This document shows, piece after piece, positions 36,027 through 45,325 of a DNA stretch of 64,000 bases (the first letter of the stretch is position 1; the number at the start of each line of letters is the position of its first letter). Below the pieces are notes generated by a model. The model had not been told where the DNA came from and searched no databases. It saw nothing but the letters and a program-made list of their open reading frames with translations. Made by a program: the position numbers and the translations under genes. Source of the DNA: Thermoplasmata archaeon (GTDB taxonomy: Archaea; Thermoplasmatota; Thermoplasmata; Lutacidiplasmatales; UBA184); assembly GCA_035297105.1 (NCBI GenBank), contig DATGZO010000012.1, positions 63,822 to 127,821 of the forward strand. Direction: 5' to 3'.

Positions 36027-38495
36027 ATGGCGCGCCGTATTTTGGTTTTGGGCCTGGCCGTACTGCTGATCGTATCGACCCTGATGGTGCTCGGCACCGG
36101 AGGGAGCCGCGCCCAGGTCGCGCCGCTGGCTCCGCCTTCCGCGGCCCCGCATCCCGCGGCCCCGCATCCGTCGGTCAACTCCATCCAGGTCGAAACGTAC
36201 GAAGGGAACGACGTCTACTACAACGACACGTACTTCGCGAGCGGGGGATACAACTACCCCGGCGAGAACATCCTCTTCTTTTGGGTCTATGACCCCACGG
36301 CCGACTCGAGGCTGAACTTCACGCTCAGCGACCCGAACGCGTCCCGCGACGGCGTGGGCTCCCCCGCGTTCACCGTCAACGTCCCGCTGAACACCACCAC
36401 CCATGAGTACTTCTCCTACCTCGCCGGCGTTTCCTACACCTTCCCCTCGTCCCTCGCGATCGGCGGGACCTGGGTCGTGAACGCCTCCGCCCCGCTCGGC
36501 GGCTCGGCCCAGTACAACATCACCGTCGCGACGTTCGGTTCCGACATGAGCGGGAGCCCGCGACCGTACACCGGTGTTCTCCCGGGCGAGTCGATCACCG
36601 CGGCCTGGCAACTGTACAATCTCGTGAACGGAGCGTACGCCACTCACGTCACCAACCTCGCCCTGGACGGCTGGTATTACTCCAACGGGAGCTACCACAA
36701 CCTGTTCCCGGGCGGCATCGTCAACGTCTCCGTCTCGGCGGCCGGGGACTACACCTTCACGGTTCCGGCGAACGCCTCCGTCACCACCTACCTGTACTTC
36801 GACCTCTGGCCGACGATCATCTCCAACGGGAAGTTGGCCGAGAACGAGAGCGACGAGATCTGGTGGGGTGTGGGCTCCGTGGACCTCCAGGTCGAGCAGG
36901 AGACCGAATACAATGGGGTCTGCCCCACGGGGTACGACAGCAGCTACTACTCGGGCTCCCTGGTCCAGGTCTGCGCCACGGTGGGCGCGCTCTGGAACGA
37001 TGAGCTCTACGGGGTACCCAACCTGCCCGTCTCGATCCACTTCTGGAACGGCCTGAGCGTCGTCACGCCCGGCGGAAGCCCCCCGACGACGCTGATGAGC
37101 AACTCGACCGGCAAGGTCTCGTTCTCCTACCTCGCGACCAGCCCGCCGCTCACGAGCGAGTACGTGTACCCCTACGAGAACTACCTGAACCTCTCGGTCA
37201 CCGACCCGGTCGCGACCTCCCCTACCTCCGACTGGTCGAAGTGGTCCAACACGTCGCTCTACGTGGACGTGAATGGAGCGACCGGAGGGGTAGCAGTCCA
37301 GCTCAACCAACTCGAATACTATCCCGGCCAGACCGTGACGGCCACCTGGAGCCTAAGTTCCACCAACACCGCTCAGACCGGCACGCTCACCGCCGTGGGC
37401 TGGTATGCGTACAACGAGCAGACCGACGCCTTCCTCGCCCAGGGGATGATCTCTTCGACCGCGTCGACCGGAACCTTCAACGTCGCGCTCCCGACGGGCT
37501 TCGTCGGTCCCTTCGTCGTCGAAGTGTACGCGGTCAACGCCACCACATCGTTCTACGGGGAGGCGTACGGGTACTCGACCACCCCGCGCCTGTTCCTCAA
37601 CCCGAGCTCGACCACGTTCACGCCCGGCTCGACCGTGACCATCACGGCGGAAGCGTACGGGGACGCCGCACTCACCGGGGCGACCATCACGTACCAGGTG
37701 TGGGCCAGTTTCGACCTCGGCAGGAACTACGGGAACTATGGGATCGTCGAGACCGGGACCGTCGCGAACAACACCGCGTTCACGATCGCCGTTCCGTCGT
37801 CCGCGGCCCCCGGCTACTACGAGGTCTACGGCTACTTGGGCTCGACCGCCTCCGGAATCGTGGCCAGCGATGAGCTGGAGATCGACCAGGTGTGGGGGTA
37901 CTACGTCACCTTGGGAGTGAACACCGCCTCGAGCTACTCCGATGGAAGCTACCAGCCGGGGCAGACCCTGACGGTCGCCTTCCAGATCACCCCGTACGGG
38001 AACGCACCTCTGCCGGTGTTGTACACCTTCTATGTCGATCTCAACGGCGCACAGATCTACGACCAGCTGTCGTCCGCGAGCACCTCCGGAACCTTCCAGA
38101 TCACGATCCCCTCGGGGCAACCGAGCGGGATCGCCTTCCTGGAACTGGAGTTGGACGGAACGTACCTCTCCGGCAACTCGTGCGGCAGCGGCTACTGCTA
38201 CGGGGAGACGGCGATCACCATCAACGCGCACCCGTCCGTCCTGAGCATGGAGGTCGGAGGGAACAGCGGCATCACGGTCGGCTGGCTGATCCTCCTGATC
38301 GTGATCCTCGTGGTGGCGGTCGTGCTGGCGCTCCTGATCCGGCGGAAGAAGACGCCGCCCTCCTCCGGAGGGGCCTCGACCACGACCCCGATGTCGCCGC
38401 CCGCGCCCGCTCCTTCGGGAACGGGGGCCCAGGAGTGGAGTGAGCCGGCCCCGAACCAGCCACCCATGCCGACCCCTCCGCCGGGCAGCACCTAG
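36027..38495 (+). CDS. Large cell-surface glycoprotein (signal peptide, many N-glycosylation sequons, C-terminal TM anchor and Pro/Thr-rich tail)
   Basis: N-terminal 'MARRILVLGLAVLLIVSTLMVLG'. More than 25 NxS/T sequons. C-terminal 'ITVGWLILLIVILVVAVVLALLIRRKK' followed by a PT-rich tail. Confidence 0.7.
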   Translation: MARRILVLGLAVLLIVSTLMVLGTGGSRAQVAPLAPPSAAPHPAAPHPSVNSIQVETYEGNDVYYNDTYFASGGYNYPGENILFFWVYDPTADSRLNFTLSDPNASRDGVGSPAFTVNVPLNTTTHEYFSYLAGVSYTFPSSLAIGGTWVVNASAPLGGSAQYNITVATFGSDMSGSPRPYTGVLPGESITAAWQLYNLVNGAYATHVTNLALDGWYYSNGSYHNLFPGGIVNVSVSAAGDYTFTVPANASVTTYLYFDLWPTIISNGKLAENESDEIWWGVGSVDLQVEQETEYNGVCPTGYDSSYYSGSLVQVCATVGALWNDELYGVPNLPVSIHFWNGLSVVTPGGSPPTTLMSNSTGKVSFSYLATSPPLTSEYVYPYENYLNLSVTDPVATSPTSDWSKWSNTSLYVDVNGATGGVAVQLNQLEYYPGQTVTATWSLSSTNTAQTGTLTAVGWYAYNEQTDAFLAQGMISSTASTGTFNVALPTGFVGPFVVEVYAVNATTSFYGEAYGYSTTPRLFLNPSSTTFTPGSTVTITAEAYGDAALTGATITYQVWASFDLGRNYGNYGIVETGTVANNTAFTIAVPSSAAPGYYEVYGYLGSTASGIVASDELEIDQVWGYYVTLGVNTASSYSDGSYQPGQTLTVAFQITPYGNAPLPVLYTFYVDLNGAQIYDQLSSASTSGTFQITIPSGQPSGIAFLELELDGTYLSGNSCGSGYCYGETAITINAHPSVLSMEVGGNSGITVGWLILLIVILVVAVVLALLIRRKKTPPSSGGASTTTPMSPPAPAPSGTGAQEWSEPAPNQPPMPTPPPGST

Positions 38496-38560
38496 ACCGA
38501 GGTCCCGCTCTCGAGTCGAACCCTTTCCTCCCTCTTTCTTTTCCGTTGCACAGGTAGCCC
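38496..38560 (+). terminator. Pyrimidine/T-rich tract downstream of the surface-protein gene (archaeal oligo-T terminator candidate)
   Basis: 'CCTTTCCTCCCTCTTTCTTTTCCGTTGC' directly after the stop codon. Confidence 0.4.
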
Positions 38561-38594
38561 CGGCAAGGCCCGTGCCAGGGTTCTCCAATGCGTC

Positions 38595-39569
38595 TCAGGG
38601 AACAAAGTCTCGTCCCAGTGCTCGAACCGAGCCGACCGCGTCGTCGATCGGGAGTCCCCCGAAATCGAAGATCCCCAGGACCTCGTCAACGCCCGCCGCC
38701 CGGTACGCGTCCAATCGGTGGGCGACCTCCGAAGGGGTGCCCAGGAGCGCGAGGTTGGCCGCCTCGAGGCCCGCCCGGCTGGCCTCGTGCGGATGGTGGG
38801 CGGCCTTCGCCTGGTAGAAGGTGCTCTGCGTGCGCAGGCGGCTGGAAAGGAACCGGTCGAGCGCCTCGCGGGCCCGTTCGGGGTGATCGCCGGCATACAG
38901 ATGGACCGCGACGGCGACCTCGGCCCGACTTCCGTTCGGTAGGGCGGCCCGGAACTCCCGGATCTCTTCCGCCAGTTCCTCCACCCCCGAGACGGTCGCG
39001 TACGGGATGAGGGCGAGCGAGACGCCCCTCTGGGCGACGAACGGGATCGCTTCGCGGCGCTGCACCGCGATCCACAGCGGGGGGTGGGGAGTTTGGACCG
39101 GCAGGACGTTCAGGCGCACCGGAGGGGCGCCGGGCCCGCCGATGCGGACCTCTCGACCGGCCATCAATTCCAGGATCGTGGTGTACGCGGCGTCGAACCG
39201 TTCGTGCCGCGACGCCGGATCAATCCCGAATCCCTCGAACTCGGTCGGGATGTAGCCGCTGCCCAGGCCCAAGTTGACCCGCCCACCCATCATCCGGTCC
39301 AGGAGGGAGTACTCCTCCGCCACGTCCACCGGTCGGTGGAACGGGAGGACGCTCACGAGCGCACCCAGGCGCAGTCGTCGGGTCCGCGCCCCGCATGCGG
39401 CGAGAAGTACCGGCGGAGATGGGCAGACCCCGGCGGGGTTGAAATGGTGCTCGGCGACCCAGAGTCCGGACAGTCCGGCTTCCTCGGCGGCTCCGGCCAG
39501 TTCGAGGATGTCCCGGTACCGATCCCGTCCGGGGACCTCGTCGACGATCGAGAAGACCGAGAGTTTCAC
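38595..39569 (-). CDS. LLM-class flavin/F420-dependent oxidoreductase (luciferase-like monooxygenase family)
   Basis: 'LSGLWVAEHHF' and 'LGLGSGY' motifs typical of the LLM TIM-barrel; 324 aa. Confidence 0.7.
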   Translation of the reverse strand: MKLSVFSIVDEVPGRDRYRDILELAGAAEEAGLSGLWVAEHHFNPAGVCPSPPVLLAACGARTRRLRLGALVSVLPFHRPVDVAEEYSLLDRMMGGRVNLGLGSGYIPTEFEGFGIDPASRHERFDAAYTTILELMAGREVRIGGPGAPPVRLNVLPVQTPHPPLWIAVQRREAIPFVAQRGVSLALIPYATVSGVEELAEEIREFRAALPNGSRAEVAVAVHLYAGDHPERAREALDRFLSSRLRTQSTFYQAKAAHHPHEASRAGLEAANLALLGTPSEVAHRLDAYRAAGVDEVLGIFDFGGLPIDDAVGSVRALGRDFVP

Positions 39570-39703
39570 GTCCCCGGCGACCGGAATCGCCTACATGGCC
39601 TTTGGCAGGACGGAACGACCCGTTTCCGCCCCATCCTCCCCGAGGCCGCGGTGACCGACCGAGCAAAACCCTAAGACCCACGGGCCGCCCTCGGGACCTC
39701 GGT

Positions 39704-39777
39704 GGGCTGGTAGATCAGTTCGGAAGATCGCCGGTTTTGCAAACCGGAGGTCTCGGGTTCAAATCCCGACCAGTCCA
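39704..39777 (+). tRNA. tRNA-Ala (anticodon UGC)
   Basis: Acceptor GGGCTGG/CCAGTCC with G3:U70 (the Ala identity pair). D-stem GATC/GATC. Anticodon stem CCGGT/ACCGG with loop TTTGCAA. T-arm TCGGG-TTCAAAT-CCCGA. Confidence 0.85.
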
Positions 39778-39833
39778 TTGAGCCAACGGCGTGCGGCAGC
39801 GTCGGCATCGATCCGGAACGCGTAAGTGCCGGA

Positions 39834-40169
39834 ATGACCATTCCCCGCCTCGGAGGCACCATGCCACTGCTGCGCGAGGCGCGGTCCAGACTTCTGAGCC
39901 GCGTGTTCTGGTCCATTCTTGCGGTCGGTGTGGTGTTGATTCTGGTGGCGGCCGTACTGTACATTCACCCTGTCTGCACGGGCCCCTACCCTTGCCCCCC
40001 GGCCCAACCGTGCTCCACGCCCCCCGTCGGGTGCACGATCGATCCCGCCGCGGCTGTTGTTGCATTCGCCGGACTGCTTCTGATCGTGATGGGAGTTGGC
40101 GGATCGCTCGCCGTCCGTCGTCCCCGGGCTCCGCTCAGGGAACCGAATCCCCCGTCGACAATCGACTAG
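39834..40169 (+). CDS. Small Cys/Pro-rich membrane protein
   Basis: 'VFWSILAVGVVLILVAAVLYI' and 'AAAVVAFAGLLLIVMGVGGSLAV' TM segments flank 'CTGPYPCPPAQPCSTPPVGC'. Lies between tRNA-Ala and its partial 3' duplicate. Confidence 0.35.
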   Translation: MTIPRLGGTMPLLREARSRLLSRVFWSILAVGVVLILVAAVLYIHPVCTGPYPCPPAQPCSTPPVGCTIDPAAAVVAFAGLLLIVMGVGGSLAVRRPRAPLREPNPPSTID

Positions 40170-40217
40170 ATTCATTGAGGTTCGAATCCGGCGGATTCGA
40201 GTGACGGGGTCTGCTCC

Positions 40218-40235
40218 GGAGGAGCAAATCCCGAC
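40218..40235 (+). repeat. 18-nt direct repeat identical to the tRNA-Ala 3' end (CAAATCCCGACCAGTCCA); att-like integration scar
   Basis: Read directly: 39760-39777 (T-loop through discriminator of tRNA-Ala) is repeated at 40218-40235 in the same orientation. The short flank 'CATTGAG' is also shared. Confidence 0.6.
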
Positions 40236-40467
40236 CAGTCCATCCACCACTCCTCGAGGACGGATCCGCGGATCCGGATGTCGATCGTCGGCCCCCGACA
40301 CACGAGGTCAGGATCGGTCAGCGTAAGAACCCGACTCGGGTCGACATGACTCCGACGTCAGGTCCCGTGCCCGAACCTGGGCCACCGGCACGCGCTCCGC
40401 GATCGCTCCGTCTCCCCGGGCAGGATCACCGCGACCAGGAGTCCGTACCGCTCGCGTCGGCGCAAGG

Positions 40468-41181
40468 CTAGACGAACACGAGTTCGAAGGCTTCCTGACC
40501 GTTCGGATACTCCTTGGTTCGGACTACTTTCCGGTCGAGCCGGATCCCCGCCGCCTCGAGCGCCGCGGTATCCCGTTCGAGAGCGCTGCCCAGGTAGACG
40601 TTGAGGATTGTCTGGTGGGCTAACGCGCCCTCGACCATCCGGGTCGCCCCCACGATCGGGCTTCCGACGATCGTCAGGAGCTCCCCTACCCGCACGAGCT
40701 CGCATGGGCCGGCGTCGATCCCTATCGACAACCCCGTTCCGGCGGGGAAGTTTCGGGAGTTCCGGCGTAAGTTGGCCAGAAGGGAGTCGGCCGCCGAGAG
40801 CGCGGTGCGGCAGAAGTCCGGGATCGTTCCGATGTCGGCCGGACGCTCTCGTGGGGGGATCCAAAAGGCGACGAATCCGTCCCCGGTGAACTTGTCGAAC
40901 CAGCCCCCAGAGGAGTTCGCCAGCGCTCGGACCGCCTCGGTGAACCCCACGATGAATCGAGCGAAAACGGACGGTTGCACCGCTTCCTTCAGGACGAGAG
41001 TGGACATCCGAAGGTCGCCGACGACCACGATCGCTTCCACGGCGGTGGATCCCATGGAGACGAGCTCCTGGATCGCCTCGGCGGAGAGCTGTTCGCGGGC
41101 ACTCTCCGGTCCCTGGCGAAGAAGGAGCGCGTCGAACTCGGTGGTCCCGCCTTCATCGGCGCTAGAAGGGAGTTCGAACAT
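40468..41181 (-). CDS. Class-III nucleotidyl (adenylyl/guanylyl) cyclase-homology-domain protein, standalone
   Basis: 'VVVGDLRMSTL' (metal Asp, F-x-D-I-x-G-F-T-like). 'DKFTGDGFVAFW' matches K-T-I-G-D-A-Y-M-A-V-F, including the base-specifying Lys. 'IGIDAGPCELVRVG...IVGATRM' matches the GxHxGPVVAG...TASRME region. A Thg1-like alternative was considered and is less favoured. Confidence 0.55.
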   Translation of the reverse strand: MFELPSSADEGGTTEFDALLLRQGPESAREQLSAEAIQELVSMGSTAVEAIVVVGDLRMSTLVLKEAVQPSVFARFIVGFTEAVRALANSSGGWFDKFTGDGFVAFWIPPRERPADIGTIPDFCRTALSAADSLLANLRRNSRNFPAGTGLSIGIDAGPCELVRVGELLTIVGSPIVGATRMVEGALAHQTILNVYLGSALERDTAALEAAGIRLDRKVVRTKEYPNGQEAFELVFV

Positions 41182-41440
41182 GAGGCGTTCCCCAGGGCTG
41201 GACCCGTGGCCGTGAACGTGGTCCGGGACTTCAGCTTGAGCCCCGTCTCGGTAGATTCGTGGCCCTCGTTGGCCCGACCACCGGTTGGGCCCCTTCGCGG
41301 ATGTGCCTGCGGAATCTTCAGGGAGACATTCGCCGTCCAGCGGACGACGGATTCGGGGAGGGCGGCGCTATCGAACCCATCTCGTCACGAGAGCGCTGAT
41401 CTGCCCGAGCCTGCGGATCCGGTTCTGCAGGGGGCGGAAC

Positions 41441-41710
41441 TCAGCCTCCGCTACCGCCGGTGTGCACGGCGCCGGACCCACCCGTATGCTCCTCACCCGA
41501 ATCGGTCACCGCGCCGCAGGCGGGGCAGATCGTGGCATTCGTCGGCAGGGGTCTATGACAGTTCGAACACAACACCGGACTCGTCACGCCTTCGGGGAAC
41601 CCGAGGGCTCTCATGAACGTGGCGGGGGTCGATTCGAACCGGGGGCGACGAACTCGGCCCCGGGCAACTCCGGGGGCGGCAGGGGCCGGAGGGATTTCGA
41701 CCCGTTTCAT
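41441..41710 (-). CDS. Small zinc-ribbon protein
   Basis: 'CSNCHRPLPTNATICPACG' CxxC...CxxC, Gly-rich tail. Divergent from nre. True start may be the internal Met. Confidence 0.35.
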   Translation of the reverse strand: MKRVEIPPAPAAPGVARGRVRRPRFESTPATFMRALGFPEGVTSPVLCSNCHRPLPTNATICPACGAVTDSGEEHTGGSGAVHTGGSGG

Positions 41711-41721
41711 GCCCCCTCGCC

Positions 41722-43074
41722 GTGAGCTATAGCCAGTCGCCCCCTTTCCCGTTGGCCGTGATGACGTCCCCCCACGCTCCTCCCCTGCTCGGGGTGGAGC
41801 CCACCGCCGGGCTCTCGTGGAGCATTCCGGGCTTGCGCGAGGACCCCAGCATGTGTTTGCGGTGTCGCTCGGCCCAACTCTTGTGCGGTAAGCCGGTGTG
41901 TCCGCTTCTGATCCGGTACCACGCCTTCGAACGGACGTTGCCGATGGTCCAGGGAACGGAACTCTCGGGCTCCTCCCCGCCCGGATTGTTCGTCGGTCGG
42001 TTCGGGTATCCGCGGGTCTCCTTCGGCCCCCTCCTCAGCCCGGAGCACGGGTCGACCGAGATGCTGGACACCCCCGAGCAATGGGTGGGCCGCTCGGTGG
42101 CCGAGGTCGTCGGGTTTCGGACCGGCCTGGTGCGAGGAACGAGTCCCATCCGGGTCACGGATGCCGAGAAGCCGATCCCCCTTCTCGAGGACCTTCAGCT
42201 GCTCGGACTTTCCTCGGAATCGGTGGAGAGCGAGACCCGGTTCCGCCGCCCCCCCCGGGGCCACATCACGCTCTCCGATTCCGCCCCTCCTTTCGGCCCT
42301 TCGGCCCCGATTGAGCACCTACGGTTGGACGTCCGAAGGGTCGATCCTCACCTCGATCGCCTCTCTTCCGACACCGCCGCGAACGCACGGACCGCGGTGA
42401 CCGAGCTCTATGCGAGGGGGGTTCGGGTCAGCCGTATCCAGCGCGCGTTCAGCGTCGGGACGCTCGGACGGCGGGGGCGGCGCAAGCTGGTCCCGACGCG
42501 ATGGAGCATCACCGCCGTCGACGATGTACTTTCCAAGCAGAATCTCCTCCGGGTCCGCGAGTTGCCGGAGCTGGGAGAGATCCGCGTGCACCGTCTGACG
42601 GCCCTCGAGAACCGTTGGGTGATCGTCCTCTTACCCGGAGTGTGGCGGTACGAGTCGATCGAGGCCTGGTATCCCGAGACGCTTTGGAACCCGAGCCCGA
42701 CCCAGGTCATCCTGATGGGCGACCACGAAGGGCACGACGGCCGGACGACGTACGCCTCCATCGGAGGCTGCTACTACGCGGCGCGGCTTGCGGTCTCGGA
42801 GGCGCTCCTTCGGTTCGGACGTCAGGCCGGGGCCATCGTGTTCCGGGAGGTCCACCCCGGAGAGATCCTCCCGTTGGGGGTCTGGAACGTGCGGGAGCAC
42901 GTCCGGGCGGCGCTCCAGGAACCGGCCCTTCGCTTGAGTTCCTTGCCCGAGCTGAACCAGGTGTTGCAGACGACGTTCTCCATCCCGCTCGACCGATGGC
43001 TCGCTCAGAGCGCGGTCCTCCACGAGACCCGCACCCAGCGGCGGCTGGACGACTGGCTCGGGACGGCGAACTAA
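41722..43074 (+). CDS. nreA: Archaeal Nre-family DNA-repair protein (DUF650/DUF651, COG1602)
   Basis: N-terminal 'CLRCRSAQLLCGKPVCPLL' zinc finger characteristic of Nre; 450 aa. Confidence 0.6.
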   Translation: MSYSQSPPFPLAVMTSPHAPPLLGVEPTAGLSWSIPGLREDPSMCLRCRSAQLLCGKPVCPLLIRYHAFERTLPMVQGTELSGSSPPGLFVGRFGYPRVSFGPLLSPEHGSTEMLDTPEQWVGRSVAEVVGFRTGLVRGTSPIRVTDAEKPIPLLEDLQLLGLSSESVESETRFRRPPRGHITLSDSAPPFGPSAPIEHLRLDVRRVDPHLDRLSSDTAANARTAVTELYARGVRVSRIQRAFSVGTLGRRGRRKLVPTRWSITAVDDVLSKQNLLRVRELPELGEIRVHRLTALENRWVIVLLPGVWRYESIEAWYPETLWNPSPTQVILMGDHEGHDGRTTYASIGGCYYAARLAVSEALLRFGRQAGAIVFREVHPGEILPLGVWNVREHVRAALQEPALRLSSLPELNQVLQTTFSIPLDRWLAQSAVLHETRTQRRLDDWLGTAN

Positions 43075-43991
43075 GGAGTAAAGCGCGCGCCGCACCGACC
43101 GCAGAAGGTGTCCGCGGGGGCCCGGGGCTCACCGCAGGACGCACAGCTGAGCGCGATGCGGGGCTTGCCGCACCCGCGACAGAACCCGTCCGTCGCCATC
43201 ATCGGGTAACCGCAGTCCGGACATCGCTCGGAACTGGCGAGCCGCTCCGCGATCCCGGTCGCATCCTCGGGCGCGCCGCTGGTGGGGGTCGGGGCGAATC
43301 CCTGGCCGGGAGCGAGGGTCTCCACCCGCCCGAGCGCACGCCGGCCCCGAAGGGCGAGTCGGAACGCCTCGGTGTACTCTCCTCCGTCGAACGCCGCCTG
43401 GGCCTGCTTCTGGAGCGAGGCGGCCTCCGACGTGGACCCCGACGGGGCCGCGGAGGCCAGGTCGGCCTCAAGGAGACCGATCTGGAAGTGCGACTCGGCC
43501 CGGTTCTTGGGAGGAGCGACCACCACGGGACCCGAGGGGATGGTGCTGGCCGACGACCCCGACCGCGAACCCTGCGCGGCAGTGCCGACGGAGGACGAGG
43601 AGTTCGCGGCGCCGCCGGGGATCGGCATCGAGATCGGGGCCGTGGACCGTCCGCGCGCGTTGACGAGGCTCTCGTGGGCGGACTGGGCGAGCTCGTACGC
43701 CCGGCGGAAATCGCGGAGGTCGAAGGATGCCTGGGACTGGGCGATCAAGTCCTGGGCCCGGGTGATGACGGTCCCCGTTCGGGCCAGCACCGCCGCCTCG
43801 CGACGGGCCATCTCGAGGCGGTTGAACGCCCGGTCCTGGATCAGCTCGGGCTTGGCGCTGAGCTCGCCCAAGATCTGGTTGCGGCGGGCGCGGAGACGGT
43901 TCGCGAGGTAGACGAAGATCCCGACGACGACGACCACCAGCACGACGGCGAGGACGATGACGAAGACCTGCGAGCCGGTGAGAGAAAACAT
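43071..43991 (-). CDS. Membrane-anchored protein with C-terminal double zinc ribbon
   Basis: N-terminal TM 'VFVIVLAVVLVVVVVGIFVYLA'. C-terminal 'CPDCGYPMMATDGFCRGCG...CASCGEPRAPADTFCGRCG'. Confidence 0.45.
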   Translation of the reverse strand: MFSLTGSQVFVIVLAVVLVVVVVGIFVYLANRLRARRNQILGELSAKPELIQDRAFNRLEMARREAAVLARTGTVITRAQDLIAQSQASFDLRDFRRAYELAQSAHESLVNARGRSTAPISMPIPGGAANSSSSVGTAAQGSRSGSSASTIPSGPVVVAPPKNRAESHFQIGLLEADLASAAPSGSTSEAASLQKQAQAAFDGGEYTEAFRLALRGRRALGRVETLAPGQGFAPTPTSGAPEDATGIAERLASSERCPDCGYPMMATDGFCRGCGKPRIALSCASCGEPRAPADTFCGRCGARFTP

Positions 43992-44128
43992 CCGAACGAC
44001 CCGGCGGCCCGTGCGGGGCGTCGCCGAGGAAGATACTGCGTGGGCCGACTATTTAGAGGCGGTCCCTGGCGCACGACGTCCCACCTCGAGAGGGACCGGC
44101 CCGGGTGGCCCGACCGGCGACGGGCCGC

Positions 44129-45325
44129 CTAGAAAACGGACAACTTCCCGGTCAACAGAAGCTTCGGGATGGTGTCGATCTGCTCGAACCACGAGTTCGC
44201 GACCGCCTCGGCCGTCGGCTTGACCTGGGCGAGCTTCACGCCGCTCGCGGGGAGGATCTGCAGGCTCGCGACCTGGGGTTCGTCGACCGGTTTGCCGATC
44301 TGCGAAAGGATCCGGACGTGGACCTCCTTGACGTTCCCGCCGGTCTCCTTCACGATGTCGCCCGCGATCAGGTTCCCGAGCAGGTTGTAGATCTTCCCCA
44401 CGTGGTTGATGGGGTTCTTTCCGGCCGAGGCTTCCAGGCTCATCGGTCGGCAGGGCGTGATCAACCCATTGGCGCGGTTGCCGCGTCCCACGGAGCCGTC
44501 GTCGCCTGCTTCCATCGAGCAGCCGGTGACCGTGAGGTAGTACCGGCCGAGCTCGGGGTCGTCCGCCGTGTTCACGTCGATCTGGACCTCGCGGTGCGTC
44601 AGCTTGGCGGCCTGGTCCGCGAGCTTCTCCGTGATCTGGGCGCAGACGTTCTGGTAGGCGTCGCCGTCGGAGATCTCCCGGTCGACGAGCGCGGCGGCGA
44701 CCGTGAGGTGGATCTGGTTCCCCGAGCGGTAGCCCATCACTTTGACGTCCTCCCCGAGCGCAGGGAGCTTCTTCTTCAGCTTCAGGGTCAGGAATCGCTC
44801 GCTCTCGAGCACGAGGCGCTCCAGGTCGGAGAGGGGCGCGAAACCGACGCCGAAGGAGGTGTCGTTGGAGAGGACCGTCTTCTGCTCGAAGACCCCACGG
44901 AGGTCGATCGAGCCCGACCCGATCTTGGAATCGAACTCGACATCGTGCTCCAAGTCGATGTGGGAACAGACGGATCCCACGTACTTCTTGGCCGCCTCGA
45001 TCGCGGTGTCGTGGATGGGCAATTTCTCCTTGTTGACCTCGGTGGTCGCTCGGCCGACCAAGAGCATGTAGATCGGCTTCGTGACCTTCCCGCCGCCGAA
45101 CTTCGGCTCGGAGGCCCCCCCGACGACCTGGGTCTCGTCCGTGTTGTGGTGGAGGATCCTCCCGAACTCGTCGAGGTAGAGGCGACAGAGCGCCCGGCTG
45201 ACCGATTCCGAGACCCCGTCCGCGATCGAGTCGGGGTGCCCGAGGCCCTTCCGCTCGACCAGCTCGACGGCCTGGTCTTCGATATGGACGGTGCGCAGTG
45301 GCTCCACCTGAACGTTTCGGGCCAT
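44129..45325 (-). CDS. mat: S-adenosylmethionine synthetase, archaeal type
   Basis: '[11 protein letters not shown]' and overall archaeal MAT architecture, about 398 aa from the ATG at 45325. The upstream part of the track ORF is artefact. Confidence 0.8.
   Translation of the reverse strand: MARNVQVEPLRTVHIEDQAVELVERKGLGHPDSIADGVSESVSRALCRLYLDEFGRILHHNTDETQVVGGASEPKFGGGKVTKPIYMLLVGRATTEVNKEKLPIHDTAIEAAKKYVGSVCSHIDLEHDVEFDSKIGSGSIDLRGVFEQKTVLSNDTSFGVGFAPLSDLERLVLESERFLTLKLKKKLPALGEDVKVMGYRSGNQIHLTVAAALVDREISDGDAYQNVCAQITEKLADQAAKLTHREVQIDVNTADDPELGRYYLTVTGCSMEAGDDGSVGRGNRANGLITPCRPMSLEASAGKNPINHVGKIYNLLGNLIAGDIVKETGGNVKEVHVRILSQIGKPVDEPQVASLQILPASGVKLAQVKPTAEAVANSWFEQIDTIPKLLLTGKLSVF

Noticed and set aside
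40176-40200. 'GGTTCGAATCC' T-loop-like sequence upstream of the tRNA-Ala 3' duplicate, considered as a second tRNA or tRNA fragment
   Set aside because: No flanking complementarity to form a T-stem, acceptor stem or anticodon arm. Mentioned only as possible debris near the att-like repeat.
40468-41181. Alternative identification of the palm-domain protein as Thg1-like tRNA-His guanylyltransferase
   Set aside because: Spacing of the two Asp motifs fits both families, but the K-x-x-G-D motif and the 'IGIDAGP...VGATRM' segment fit class-III cyclases better than Thg1 (A-Y-G-Q-S-D-E-Y). Kept as the less likely alternative.
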